A stretch of 64,000 nucleotides of DNA from Octopus sinensis. Taxonomy: Eukaryota. The first letter of the stretch is position 1. Each line of letters opens with the position of its first letter. Below the pieces are notes generated by a model that was given only the letters and a program-made list of their open reading frames with translations, was not told the origin of the DNA and made no database searches. Below, piece after piece: positions 52,535 through 64,000 of this stretch. Position numbers and translations under genes: made by a program. The DNA lies in contig NC_042998.1 in assembly GCF_006345805.1 (NCBI RefSeq), positions 42,098,001-42,162,000 on the forward strand, read 5' to 3'.

Positions 52535-53427
52535 CTGCCAAAAATTAAAAACAAATAGTTATTAGTTCCTCTTAGCTGGATGATTAGAACTGGATGTGGA
52601 TACAGGAACAGAACTACAGTTAGAAAGGGATGTTGTACTGATTTCTCTTTCTGAAATTATTACCATTCTTTCTGTAAAGAATGGTGAGACTTGGGCTCTA
52701 TCTGTAGTAAATCACTGGAGGTTGGGAAGTGAGATTTGAAACGGAGTTGGATGGTTTGACAGGAGCTGGCAAGTTGCAAGGCCACGTTGGGCTTCAATAT
52801 CAACTATGGGACAGTTTCTATGGCTAGATGAACTTCCTAACATCAAGCAATTTACAGAGTGTACTGCATGCTTTTCTCATGTTACTGGCACAACAGAAGA
52901 ACAAGGAGAGGGAAAGAAAAAGCTCCCACTACAAAATGGGGAGTATTTGAGAGGAGAAGGTGGTTATAAGTTGGATGTTAAAAGGCTAAGGTAAGCACAG
53001 GTATCTAGCTATAGAGGAGATATATGGCTACCTGCTATTATTTATGAAGGTGGGTGAAGGTGCAATGAAAGGAAATACTAATATAGAGAGGTATAAATTG
53101 AGAGATATAAATAGTTTCAGTTAAGAGAATACATCAGAAAGTTGTAGAATGATGTGAAAGGTGTCAGAGTGGAGGAGAGGGAGATAAGGAGGTACATGAG
53201 GAAGCTATAGTAAGGGGCATGATGAAAGGGCATTGAGAATGGGGAAAGATCTGTATTTAGAGAAGAGAGAAATTAGTGGCTAAAAGCACAAAAGAAGGTG
53301 ATAGATGGAAATGGTGTGGGCAAGGAAACCTGTTAAACTAATCCTAGCATGGAACAACAGACATAAAAATGCTGATTTCAGCAACTGATGTTATGTGATT
53401 TTGAATGAGTCATTTTACTATTGCATT

Positions 53428-53786
53428 TACTCTTTTACTTATTTCAGTCATTTGACTGTGGCCATGCTAGAGCACCACCTTTAGTCGAGCAAATCGACCC
53501 CAGGACTTATTCTTTGTAAGCCTAGTACTTATTCTATTGGTCTCTTTTGCCAAACTGCTAATTTATGGCGATGTAAACACACCCTACACAAACACACACA
53601 CATATATATATATATATACACATATATACGACCAGCTTCTTTCAGTTTCCGTCTACCAAATCCACTCACAAGGCTTTGGTCGGCAGGAGGCTATAGTAGA
53701 AGACACTTACCAAGGTGCCACGCAGTGGGACTGAACCCGGAGCCATGTGGTTCATATACAAGCTACTTACCACACAGCCACACCTA
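53428..53786 (-). mobile_element. tRNA-derived SINE, family A
   Basis: Homologous to 4068-4484 and 62593-62994. Confidence 0.82.
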
Positions 53787-54107
53787 CACCTATCCACATG
53801 GCCACTCCTATGCCTATTTGTTAAATTCTTGTAGTCTTAGTGATTTTTCATTCCACTTTGTGAGATGGGCAGTACCTACAACCAACTGCTCTTGCGTTCC
53901 TAGTGCACTGGCTATGTCACGGTAAGTACTTGCCTCAAGTTATGTAATGAAATGAGATTATTTTTCGATAAAAGATCATTCCATGGAAGTGAGTGTTTCC
54001 AGTAGCTTTTAATGACTAGCTTTAGTAAAATATATATCTAGCATTTTTTTAATGTATTTGAATGATCTAAATTTGAGCATAAAAGGGAGATCCATAACAA
54101 TTTTTAT

Positions 54108-54632
54108 CCCTTTAGCATTCAGACTTCCTTGCCAAATATATTGCTTATTTATTCACATTGTTTTGAATTAATCACGCATCATCTTGTAACTTCAAGATTT
54201 TAATGGTATGTTTGTATATTTTTAGAATGACATTGTAAAGTAGCTATGAGAGGTCAGTTTTAACATAAAACAGGTAGAATATTTGGGCTGGATATGGCCA
54301 GATTAAATGCTGAAGAGATAAAGTTGAAATGGAAGCCATGATTATAGAAATAAACTCATGTTCTGAACAGTTACAGTGTGTTTGAATTGTTTGTTGACTT
54401 TCTTGTAATGTCCAATGAAATGAGAAACTTTTACACTTGCAAAGCTTAACTCTTTGGCATTTAATCTGGCCTAAATATTCTACCTGTTTGATGTTCAAAC
54501 TGACTAGATCCAATCTTTCACACTTACTCTACAATGTCATGTCAAAAATATACACACAACTGAAATCTTGACAAAGTTATCATCATCATCATCATTTAAC
54601 ATCCGCCTTCCATGGGTCTGAATGCTAAAGGA
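54108..54632. mobile_element. Two adjacent piggyBac-like MITEs (CCCTTTAGCATT family) in opposite orientation
   Basis: Copies at 54108-54317 and 54450-54632; the second is interrupted by a (CAT)n retroposon tail. Confidence 0.65.
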
Positions 54633-54696
54633 CTGAAGAGCAGCATAGGGGTTTTTTCTTCTTCCAGAGACCAATAGCAATTGGATTAGTGATTAA

Positions 54697-55596
54697 TCTA
54701 CTACATATGTAGAAATCTGTGGGTGTGTTTGTTTGTGGTGTTGTTATTTAACTCTCTTACATGGTTTTATCAATTTTGATGAAACTTGATACGTGAGTAG
54801 AACTCATGTCTGGAAAACTAGTGACATACTTAGATTGTTGAAAAAAGATCGATAATAGGGCCCCTGGAAGGGGTGCTTATATCTACTACATGTAGCAAAT
54901 ATACTATTTTTAAACATGCAAGGGAAATAACCCATTCACTCATGAAAGGGATCCTTATATATAGCCAAGGGAAATAACCCATTCATCTTCGTAAATTGTT
55001 TCGTATAAATCAAATTGAGTATGCTTATTTCTTAGTATTTGAACTATTTGAGTTATTTTCGCAAATTATCCAGTACAACACTTAAACAAATAAATAGTAT
55101 TTTCCTAAACAATAGATCCACTTATTTCGGTTAGTGACTTATTCATGAATATACCAACACTAGCGCTGCTACAAAAACATTTTTCAGAGTTATTTACTTT
55201 GAATTGTTATTATCTCATATCTGATTAGCCTCTTATTACTTAACATGCTTCATGATTTTAGTATACATATCTTATTAGTATTTCCTCCTAAGTTCTAAAT
55301 ACTCTGGGAACATATTAAAGCCCTTTTCGGGGTTACTTTATTCGAATTCTTACTATCGGGTAATTAATTTCATGTTATTACATAACTGACTTCACAATTT
55401 GGGTATTCATAACTTATTGGGAATTCCTAAAAACAAGTTACTGTGTAAGGCAGTTCAGTATTCTCAATAAAGGCACAAAAATCGTTTTAAGGGCTACATA
55501 CTTTGTATTGTTATTACTGGATTAGTAAAACAATTATAAGAACAGAACCAAGAGATACGCCCTGCTTTCCCAGGAATTATCGGGTACATCAGCAAG
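54697..55596 (+). mobile_element. Non-autonomous Helitron-like element
   Basis: A|TCTACTACATAT...GTGTTTGTTTG start and ...CGGGTACATCAGCAAG|T end (CTAG-like, inserted between A and T); no TIR or TSD. Confidence 0.55.
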
Positions 55597-55699
55597 TTTC
55601 ATATAAATGTAAAATATTTTACTTCAACTCAAGTTCTGTCATTTCATTTAGATCAAGTTTCATTTAGTATGACTTAGCAGATATCTGGTTACACTTTTA

Positions 55700-56060
55700 G
55701 GCACAGGTATAGCTGAGTGGTTAAGAACCTTGCTTCACAATCATGTGGCTTTGGGTTCAGATTCACTGCATGACACTTTGGGCAAGTGTCTTCTACTATA
55801 GCCCTGGGCTGACCTAAACCTTGTGAGTGGATTTGGTTGATGGAAACTGAAAGATGCCTGTCATATATGTACATACATGCGTGCGTCTTTGACAACCAGT
55901 GTTGGTTTGTTTACACCCCTGTAACTTGACAGTTTCACAAAAGAGACCAATAGAATAAGAACCAGGCTTAAATAAGTAATGGGGTTGATTTGTTTGGCTA
56001 AACCCTTGAAGGCAGTGCCCTAGCATAGCCGTAGTCCAATGACTAAAACAAAAGTAAAAG
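55700..56060 (+). mobile_element. tRNA-derived SINE, family A (diverged)
   Basis: GGCACAGG..TAGCTGAGTGGTTAAG...GGGTTCAGATTC...TTTGGGCAAGTGTCTTCTACTATAGCC. Confidence 0.8.
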
Positions 56061-56356
56061 ATATGAATACCTGGAATTGGTATCCGAAGTAATGAAATAT
56101 TTAATGCTATTCCCAATATTTATATGAGCAAGCTTTCTTTCAGATATTTAACATAAAATCCAAATATAGAAAGAGGATGAATGTAGAACCTGATCTCTGC
56201 TTAAAACTGACAACCATTGCACTAGACATCCACAAAGCAGCACCAACTACTCTCTTAAACAAGTGCTTGATTATTGCCATTTATTTAATTAGATCTTTCA
56301 ATTGAGATTAAACTAGGAAAACAAGCCTCTTATTAATTAATAAAATGAGATTGTTA

Positions 56357-56437
56357 GATTTTTCAAAACCTGGGGGTCCACATGACAATCTGTTTCAATA
56401 TAAGAGGTCCTAAAAAGTGAAAAAATTGGGAACCACA
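56357..56437. mobile_element. Possible short hAT-like MITE remnant
   Basis: TTTCAAAACCTGGGGGTCC...AAAATTGGGAACCAC resembles CAGTGGTTCCCAA-type hAT termini. Confidence 0.35.
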
Positions 56438-58429
56438 GTTTTAAAGTAAAATACTTAAAGATTAAAAAAATGTCTAAAGTGTGTCCGTAGAGATGCAATG
56501 CTGTTTTTGTGGAACCTGGATTAGTATATCACTTTCTAGTAACAGAGCCAAAAGGGGAGGAAGAGCTGAGGTGATGAGAGTCAGGGGGAAAATAAATGAT
56601 GATGAGAGTCAAAACAATTGAAGGATGAAAGCATAGTACCAAGTGATTTTGATGGGAAGAGTAAAGCAGGTCTCATTTTGGAAGCAACAGGTCAGGTAAT
56701 GCTTAACAGTGATTTTGAAACTGGTCTTCCAAGAATGTAAATTACTGAATAATTCATAACCTGATGCTACTTTTGTCTTTTTAAAGAAATGATAGTCCAA
56801 ATTTCTCCCAACGTTGAATAATGTATTTCAAGTGCCAACGCATGAAACTCTTGACCCTTGAGTTACTCTGTTGTTTCTGCTAGATATTAATAAAAATATA
56901 CATATACTCATATTTTGAGTTCTAGTTTACCTGTTTGCATTACTATATCTGGTATTCAAATACTGAATAAGACATGACTATCCTCATAATAATTTTCTTT
57001 TAGAATTCGGAGAAAAGCTAGGCCTTGTTTCACTTTCATTTCTTTCACTTTAGAAAAGGTATTTCCTATTTCTGGATTTGAAGCCATTTTTTTTTTATCA
57101 AAAAAGAGCAGACTAATACATTGTTCAGATTGCATGAAAATATACGTATCTTTATTTTTTTGCTTCTAAAATTTTTAACTTTAGAAGAAAAAGTACAGAA
57201 TCATTATCTTCAATGTTTAAAACAAAAATCCAAAGAAAATGTCGAACTTTCGAAACTGCTAATTTTATTAATTATACAGACAGGCTCCTTTTATTATGGT
57301 AATTTTCTGGGTTTAATAACTATTTTAATAGTTACAAATTTTTTGTCATTGATTATTATTATTCCCCACTCCTTATTTCGATCATTTTTATAATGATTAA
57401 AAATTCTAAACAGAATTTTTTTTACAGAATTCATTCGTGGTAGCGTTATTAGAAACCATTGACATTTGACTGCTACTTCTCATTAAAAAAAATTTTTTTT
57501 TGAAATTTCCACTTCAGTAAAATAATGATTGTTTCAAATTTAGACATAAATTGATTTTATCAACCTCAAAAGGATATAAAGCAAGGTTATTTGCCATATT
57601 TGCCATATCAAAGACTATGTTTTGCTTTATATATTTTACATTTCAGAAATGTAAATGTTATGTCTTGTGTGTATTTGATATAAACAGCTATCAATCTCTC
57701 GAGACAGAAAATTAGAGTACCTGTTCTCGGACAAATCCGAAGAGGGGAAATCAAAACATAGACAATATTTTTCAGATCTGACGAGTAAAACAAAATATTT
57801 TCCTGTCGACAAAGAGATAAAAACGTGTACAGTTCACAGCAAATTTCATAATTTAAAAATTGTCGTTGTTATACTGGTATTGAAAATAAAAGTTCAGTAT
57901 GTTCATACATGAGTGTAGCTAATTAGTGTAGCTATGTGGATAAATTATTGAATAATGAAAGTATTATAGTTCTTCGTTTATTTCCAAGAAATTTGCATTT
58001 TAATTTCACTTTCTACGTGTCAATGCTTAAGGTCCGTAAAAAACGCCTGGTACTTGTCTATTGTCGTGGTCCCTCACACCACCACCGCTGCCGCGTAATT
58101 CAAAGTTGTTCATTTTGATATGTCTCAAGAGACATGATGGACTTTTAAATGGAGATTGAGAAAAATTGTTTCAATTAGAAAAGCAACATTTCTAGAAAAT
58201 AGTAAATTGAAGTGTGAACACAGCACCTTACAGAGTATAAGTATATGACATTTATTTTTAAAATTTAACTTCATTTGTTTTATATTCTAAATAATTTGCA
58301 ATTTCAAAAAATATATTAATTTTGCGTTTTTTAATTTGATAAATTCTACGGAATAATTTTGAGCGTTTTTTGATAAATTCTACGGAAAGAATTTAGTGCG
58401 AAAAATTTATACATTTATACACAAAGACC

Positions 58430-58845
58430 TGTTGAGGCAAGCGAAGTTGATATCGAACCTCATCCCACGACAGGCACCCATGCCAAACCCCTTTGCTTGC
58501 GAAGACATGTTGGGGCAAGTGTGACACCCGGCAAATGCCAGGACCCCTGGACTGGTGGTACGTAAAAAGCACTATCCGAATCGTGGCCGATGCCAGAGCC
58601 GCCTCGACTGGCACCAATCCGACCGTGGCCGTTGCCAGCCTCGCCTGGCACCTGTGCGGGTGGCATGTAAAAAGCACCCACTACACTCTCGGAGTGGTTG
58701 GCGTTAGGAAGGGCATCCAGCTGTAGAAACATTGCCAGATAAGACTGGAGTCTGGTGCAGCCTTCTGGCTTCCCAGATCCCCGGTCGAACCGTCCAACCC
58801 ATGCTGGCATGGAGAACGGACGTTAAACGATGATGAGGATGAGAA
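58430..58845 (+). mobile_element. Young (GAT)n-tailed retroposon 3' end nested in the TIR element
   Basis: CpG-intact copy ending GCATGGAGAACGGACGTTAAACGATGATG. Confidence 0.75.
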
Positions 58846-59170
58846 GAAATTAATTCATTAAGTTTACCAAATTATATACGTCTGTAAAAAAAAAAAAGTT
58901 TCACAAATTATATACGTTCGCGTTTGTGTAAAAAAAATTATTAACCAAGTTTTATAAATTATTTACTTTGTTCAAAAAATATTATTAATATTAATTAATT
59001 TTCAAGAATTATTTAATTTATATAATTAATTCATTTATCTGTAAATCCGCGAGGAAAGCGACTATGTAATTTTTTTGTGTAAAATTGAAAATGTTATATA
59101 CACACACACACACACACATATATTTTTAGTGAAATCCAACACCTTTTTTTTTAGGGGGGGGGGGGTTAAC

Positions 59171-59203
59171 GCGCATGCGCGAATTCTGCACTGCGCATGC
59201 GCA
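59171..59203. promoter_or_regulatory. Two NRF1-type palindromic motifs in a CpG-rich patch
   Basis: GCGCATGCGC (59171-59180) and TGCGCATGCGCA (59192-59203). Function is untested. Confidence 0.45.
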
Positions 59204-60391
59204 AGTCACCTCGTAGGATCTCGAGTATCGAGTACCTACGTCTGGCGCGCGCGCGAATTCGCGTGTGCGAAACCGGGACCACGACAATAGACAAGTACCA
59301 AACGCCCCTTGCACGATAAAAAACTCACACCCAGCGTTAATTATTTTACCTTGAAATAAATATTTTATACCTAGTAAAAATTTGTGTTTAATATCTCTCT
59401 ATAACAATTGTTTTCAGGTGAACTTCCTTGTCATACAATGATTAAACAGTTTTTCTTTTACTATTCATACAAAGAAAGAATAAATCATTTTCAGAGGATA
59501 ACTAAATTCCATTAAAAACGCGACCCTTTCCAATGTATGAACATCAAATGCTGTTGCCATCAGATTAAAAATTGCAACGAAAAGAGTGATGGCGGTCAAA
59601 AGAGTGGTAAAACCTTTCAAGAAGCATTTTTGTTTCTTGGGATAAATCGAAGAAATAGTGAGTTACAAACCAAACATCTCACTTGAAAGCAGTAAAGCCT
59701 GCATATCGATCAAGTGACTGCAATATATTCTAGAATTTGGTAAAACTATCAAGGCAATGAATATCAATGTTAAGTTTTACTTTGTCACATTCATAATTTA
59801 TTTTCAATCTGTCAGATCCCTTGTTACACACAAGTCACATTTTATTCTAGCAACAGAACCCCTTTCGGGGTTCACAAACTGTTTTATTCATACAAGCCAT
59901 CACTAGCTCTTAAGCATATATGAACATAGTGAATTTTACACAGAGCATTGACACTTCTTTTTAAAATTTTAATAAAAGAAAAATTCATATCACGATGTAA
60001 TAAGTGTAGGAAATAAACTCGTGTTAGGTGTGTGCGTGTACGAATTGTTTCTGTAGATCTTTCTAGAGAATGAAACAAGAAAAAAAAATTACGGGTAAAA
60101 ACATCCCAAGAACAGTTAAACACCTAATGAATTAGCTCTAAATGTTTTTGTAACAAAATACCCCAAAAGAATCAATTATTTTATTAAACAACTAATATAA
60201 ATAGACTAACGTGAGACGATGATAAAAATCATACAAAAATGAAAGTAAACGTAAGTGTATCAGGAAATTTGAACGAGATTCAGTATTTTATGAGATATTC
60301 AAGCATTAACAGAATATAAATTCAAAGTCAGAATTTTTTTTTAAATCTTAAATATGTAAAAGCAAACTGGTGAAATCATTTCTCTACTTAC

Positions 60392-60412
60392 ATCTTCTAG
60401 TTTTCTCGACAT
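60392..60412 (-). CDS. CACYBP: Calcyclin-binding protein exon 1 (start codon)
   Basis: ACA ATG TCG AGA AAA CTA GAA GAT|gtaagt = MSRKLED; phase 0 joins exon 2 (VQKD). All six exons sum to 657 nt, i.e. 218 aa plus stop. Confidence 0.85.
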
Positions 60413-60419
60413 TGTAAAT

Positions 60420-60600
60420 TATAAGAGGGATACTGACTACACAACGTTAATGTGACTTCGATTTCGGTAGGTGCGAGTTTGATAATGGTAATAGTTTTAG
60501 AAGAGAGCTCTACGCACAAGGGAACTAATAACTAACGGAAGTGCATTTATTCATTGTCACAAGTTTGCTCAAACACACATGACATGCATCAGTAAATTTT
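60420..60600 (-). promoter_or_regulatory. Probable CACYBP 5' UTR and promoter region
   Basis: CpG-retaining sequence just upstream of the ATG with an ETS-type ACGGAAGTG at 60535-60543. Confidence 0.4.
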
Positions 60601-60609
60601 GTTTGTCAT

Positions 60610-60960
60610 ACCTATACAAGTGTGTCGCCTTCCTGAATTTGTTTCCTCATAACTTTCAGAAAAATGGATATTTTTAAATGAAATTTTCGACAAATACCTT
60701 TCGAAATTTAATGTGGTGGTGGGGAACTGGTGGTTGCACACTCATCACAATTTTCAAAATTTCAAGTTTCATTTTGTAAATATATATGTGTCAGTATGTA
60801 TGTGTGCACGGCCACCAATTTTTTTCTACATTAAATTCCGACGTAATTGTAATCTACACCATCTGAAAGTATTTGTGGAAAATTTCATTAGAAAATATCC
60901 ATTTTCTGAAAGTTATGAGGAAACAAAATCAGGGGGAAACACTTGTACACTTGTATAGGT
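60610..60960. mobile_element. MITE with roughly 95-bp imperfect TIRs
   Basis: ACCTATACAAGTGT...TTTGTTTCCTCATAACTTTCAGAAAAATGGATATTTT is mirrored by AAAATATCCATTTTCTGAAAGTTATGAGGAAACAAA...ACACTTGTATAGGT. Confidence 0.85.
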
Positions 60961-62592
60961 GTGGCTTTTCTTTCTACACACATATTCGAGGGATCAAACT
61001 GTTTTCATAACACCTCCCTCTACCATCAGCTTATTGCTTGTATAAACAAGAAACGTTGCCGTGAAATATTAGATTTAGTTTCAAAATAACTACAAACAGT
61101 CATTTTCAATAGTTTCATAGTTAAATCAGTATAATATTCTTGTTCTGACAACGTCTGCACAGACATTGTTAATTTTCTACGTATTCAGTACTATTGAATT
61201 TAATTTCTCTCCTAATCGTTTATGGTTTCTATTAATTTATTTGGAAGGGAACAAGTAATTTCTGTAGCATTTTCACTGTTTTCCGTTGGAGGATAGGGTT
61301 TGACAGTGTCGATGTCATGAGGTAGAACCGGGCATGTTTTGTGTCGGTGTGTGTGTTGGTCATTCGGTGGTATCTGTGTGACTGCTACTGTGTTGGGTCA
61401 TTCATGTTGAATAAGTGGTTCTTTATTTGCTGCTTGACTGGTGCAAGTTACTTGCTGGCTGTCTGCTTGTCTCTTGGGAGTTTGCCTGGTGATGACTATC
61501 TGCCATTCCTTGACGGATTGCTGTTTTTATAATGGTCATAACAACTAGAAAGACATACTACTTATATAGGTCACCTCCTGTCCACTTGAACCTTAAATAA
61601 CACAGTTCAGGTTGTAGATCAATTGGAAATTCATCCATCACTTTTTGACAGGACAAAGAAATTTCTTTCATGCCTATTTAGCCAGCAGTGGATCAGGCTA
61701 GCAAGAATCCTTAGATTCGCTTTTGAATCTCAGCTCGGAAAAAGGAAGTGTAAGTTTTTACAACCTGGTTTAATGCTTTAACAGAAACCATTCTTTTACA
61801 AGTGTTTGGATCAAGTCTCTGACTTGAGGATATCTTATTCTTATCAATCTTGGAGTTACAAAAAAATGTTGTATGCATGCTACTTTTCCTTTTCAAACTA
61901 AGTCAATCAAGAAAAAAAAAATGGAGGTAATGGTAGAAAGATAAGTAAATGCATTCAGTAGGGTTCATTAACAATTGTGTTTAGAGGAACAGGGTTTGTC
62001 CTTGCCATCATTGTTGCATTGTACTTTTATGTCAAGCCAATGAGGGAGACTCTATATGGTTATCTGACCTGCTAGAAATAGCTGCAAAATCTTCATATCA
62101 GATCCTTAATCAAGCATAAAAAGGAAAAACGAAAAAAGTGCTTTAACATCTATTTCTGCATGCTAACAAGAATTGGATGATTTTACAAATTTGAATGCTT
62201 GCTTGAATTACTTGAACCATTTTTTAGATTAATAAAAATCCTTGAGCATTCTTCCTATAAATGTGAATATTGAAAGCTATTTCCATTATTCTCAGAGAAA
62301 TTTAACGATGATAATAAAACAATTATGTTACATCAAATTTATTTTATATTCATATCTAAGAACAGTTTCAGAAAACTGCATTGCTGTACAAAGTGCTAAC
62401 CATCTATTTGATAAAGTTTGGCAAACAATATTCAGAGATGATAAAAGAGTTAATGTCTCATTTTGAAAATCAAGACAGTATCAGATTTCTTAACACCTTA
62501 GCACAGTTAAAAGTTAGGAATAATTTTTTTGAGAATAGATTAGCAGGGATCAGTCAAATAAAATGTCACAGGAAGGGATCAGTCAAATAAAA

Positions 62593-62994
62593 GGCACAGG
62601 AGTGGCTGTGTGGTAAGTAGCTTGCTTACCAACCACATGGTTCCGGGTTCAGTCCCACTGCGTGGCACCTTGGGCAAGTGTCTTCTACTATAGCCTCGGG
62701 CCGACCAAAGCCTTGTGAGTGGATTTGGTAGACGGAAACTGAAAGAAGCTCGTCATATATAAGTGTGTGTATATGTTTGTGTGTCTGTGTTTGTCCCCCT
62801 AGCATTGCTTGACAACCGATGCTGGTGTGTTTACGTCCCCGTAACTTAGCGGTTCGGCAAAAAAGGCTGATAGAATAAGTACTAGGCTTACAAAGAATAA
62901 GTCCTGGGGTCGATTTGCTCGACTAAAGGCAGTGCTCCAGCATGGCCACAGTCAAATGACTGAAACATGTAAAAGAAAAGAGAGTAAAAGAGAG
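62593..62994 (+). mobile_element. tRNA-derived SINE, family A, full length
   Basis: GGCACAGGAGTGGCTGTGTGGTAAG...GGTTCAGTCCC...CCTTGGGCAAGT, ending in an A-rich (GTAAAAGA)-type tail. Confidence 0.88.
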
Positions 62995-64000
62995 TTCATA
63001 CTTTTGGAAATCAGAACCTGTTGCTTGAAGTATGTATACTCCTTTGTTTGGAACAAATAGAAGCTGATTAACATCTGTTGAAAAGAATATAGACAATATC
63101 ATCTGAAGGGCATTTGTACACTTTTGAAACTACATCTAACAGTTTTGCATTTGAAGCATCTTCAGTGAAACAGTTTCACTTCTTACACATTCCGTTTAAC
63201 TTGATACACACATACAATCATGTAGAGAAGACATGAAATTGAAAACAAAATAGTTTCAGAGTAAGAAATATTAATGATGAAGTCGGCTCTCAAACAGAAA
63301 AGAATTTAACCAAATATTGCTGGTTTAAATTCATGCTGAATATACCAACTGCCAGAGTACAAATACTTATTCTATCCTATTTACGGTGCTCAGGAACTGG
63401 CTTATATTAGATGTTATTTGAGAAGTACTCAAAATGAACTAGAAATTAAAGTCAATTGTAACAAAAATGGAGGGTGGGTGAATGACTTGATTTTTACCAT
63501 ATGTTGAGGGAAATTTGAGAACTATTTTCTAACTGGCTGAGCAACTACAGAGATTATATAAGGGAGTTTTAATAGAATTAAGAAAGTTGAGGTATAATAA
63601 AGGAAAATTGCTATGAGGCAAATGACAAGTAAATCTGTTAGGTGTTGAGCAAAAGGGCACAAATCCTAGCTTTAGTTTATTTTAGCTATCTTGTCTAAGC
63701 ACCCAATAGTTTTGAAGATTGGTTTTTCCAATGTTGTTTGATAGAATATCATAAAAACAAGAGAATTATAAGTTAGATTTTAAAATCATAATGAAGTTTA
63801 GTAGAGTAAGATCAAAGAAAGGACTTTCCTAATATTTCTTATGAAGGAACAACTGACCATTTGGTTGTCGTATAATTGTCCAGTATAACATAAATGTTTT
63901 ACTTCTTGAGAGATTGGTAGGCTTGTATCTTTAAACAGATGGTTTCCATAATGAACCTGTGTTAAGAGGAAACAATAATTTCAAATAACTTTGGTGTAGG

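Larger units (their letters stand above)
58049..59299. mobile_element. Non-autonomous TIR DNA transposon (Merlin-like) in CACYBP intron 1
   Basis: Perfect 25-bp TIRs GGTACTTGTCTATTGTCGTGGTCCC (58049-58073) and its reverse complement (59275-59299), flanked by AAACGCCT and AAACGCCC. Confidence 0.8.

Noticed and set aside
1-64000. CRISPR arrays, rRNA, operon-like or prokaryotic defence systems
   Set aside because: The window is eukaryotic intron-rich DNA with no repeat-spacer array, rRNA-like block or long intronless ORF.

Overview
AT-rich, intron- and repeat-dense animal DNA. The SINE, MITE and microsatellite content looks like a coleoid cephalopod (Octopus-type) genome, which is an inference. 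Two spliced genes lie tail-to-tail. On the + strand are the last six coding exons of the voltage-gated calcium channel beta subunit (Cav-beta/CACNB: HOOK exon, guanylate-kinase-like domain and C-terminal tail, 10022-26476); its upstream exons are outside the window. On the - strand is a complete six-exon calcyclin-binding protein/Siah-interacting protein gene (CACYBP/SIP, 60412->42937, 218 aa) with consistent GT-AG phases. The rest is decayed mariner, maT-like, piggyBac, Helitron-like, RTE, L1/Tx1 and Jockey/CR1-type elements, three tRNA-derived SINE families, MITEs and long microsatellites. I see no convincing novel multi-gene system. The best leads are in-frame alternative acceptors at the Cav-beta HOOK exon, G-U-supported stems in the Cav-beta 3' UTR, loss of the Siah-binding motif in CACYBP, a Merlin-like TIR element carrying NRF1-type motifs in CACYBP intron 1, a pre-miRNA-like hairpin, and decayed hammerhead-like motifs.
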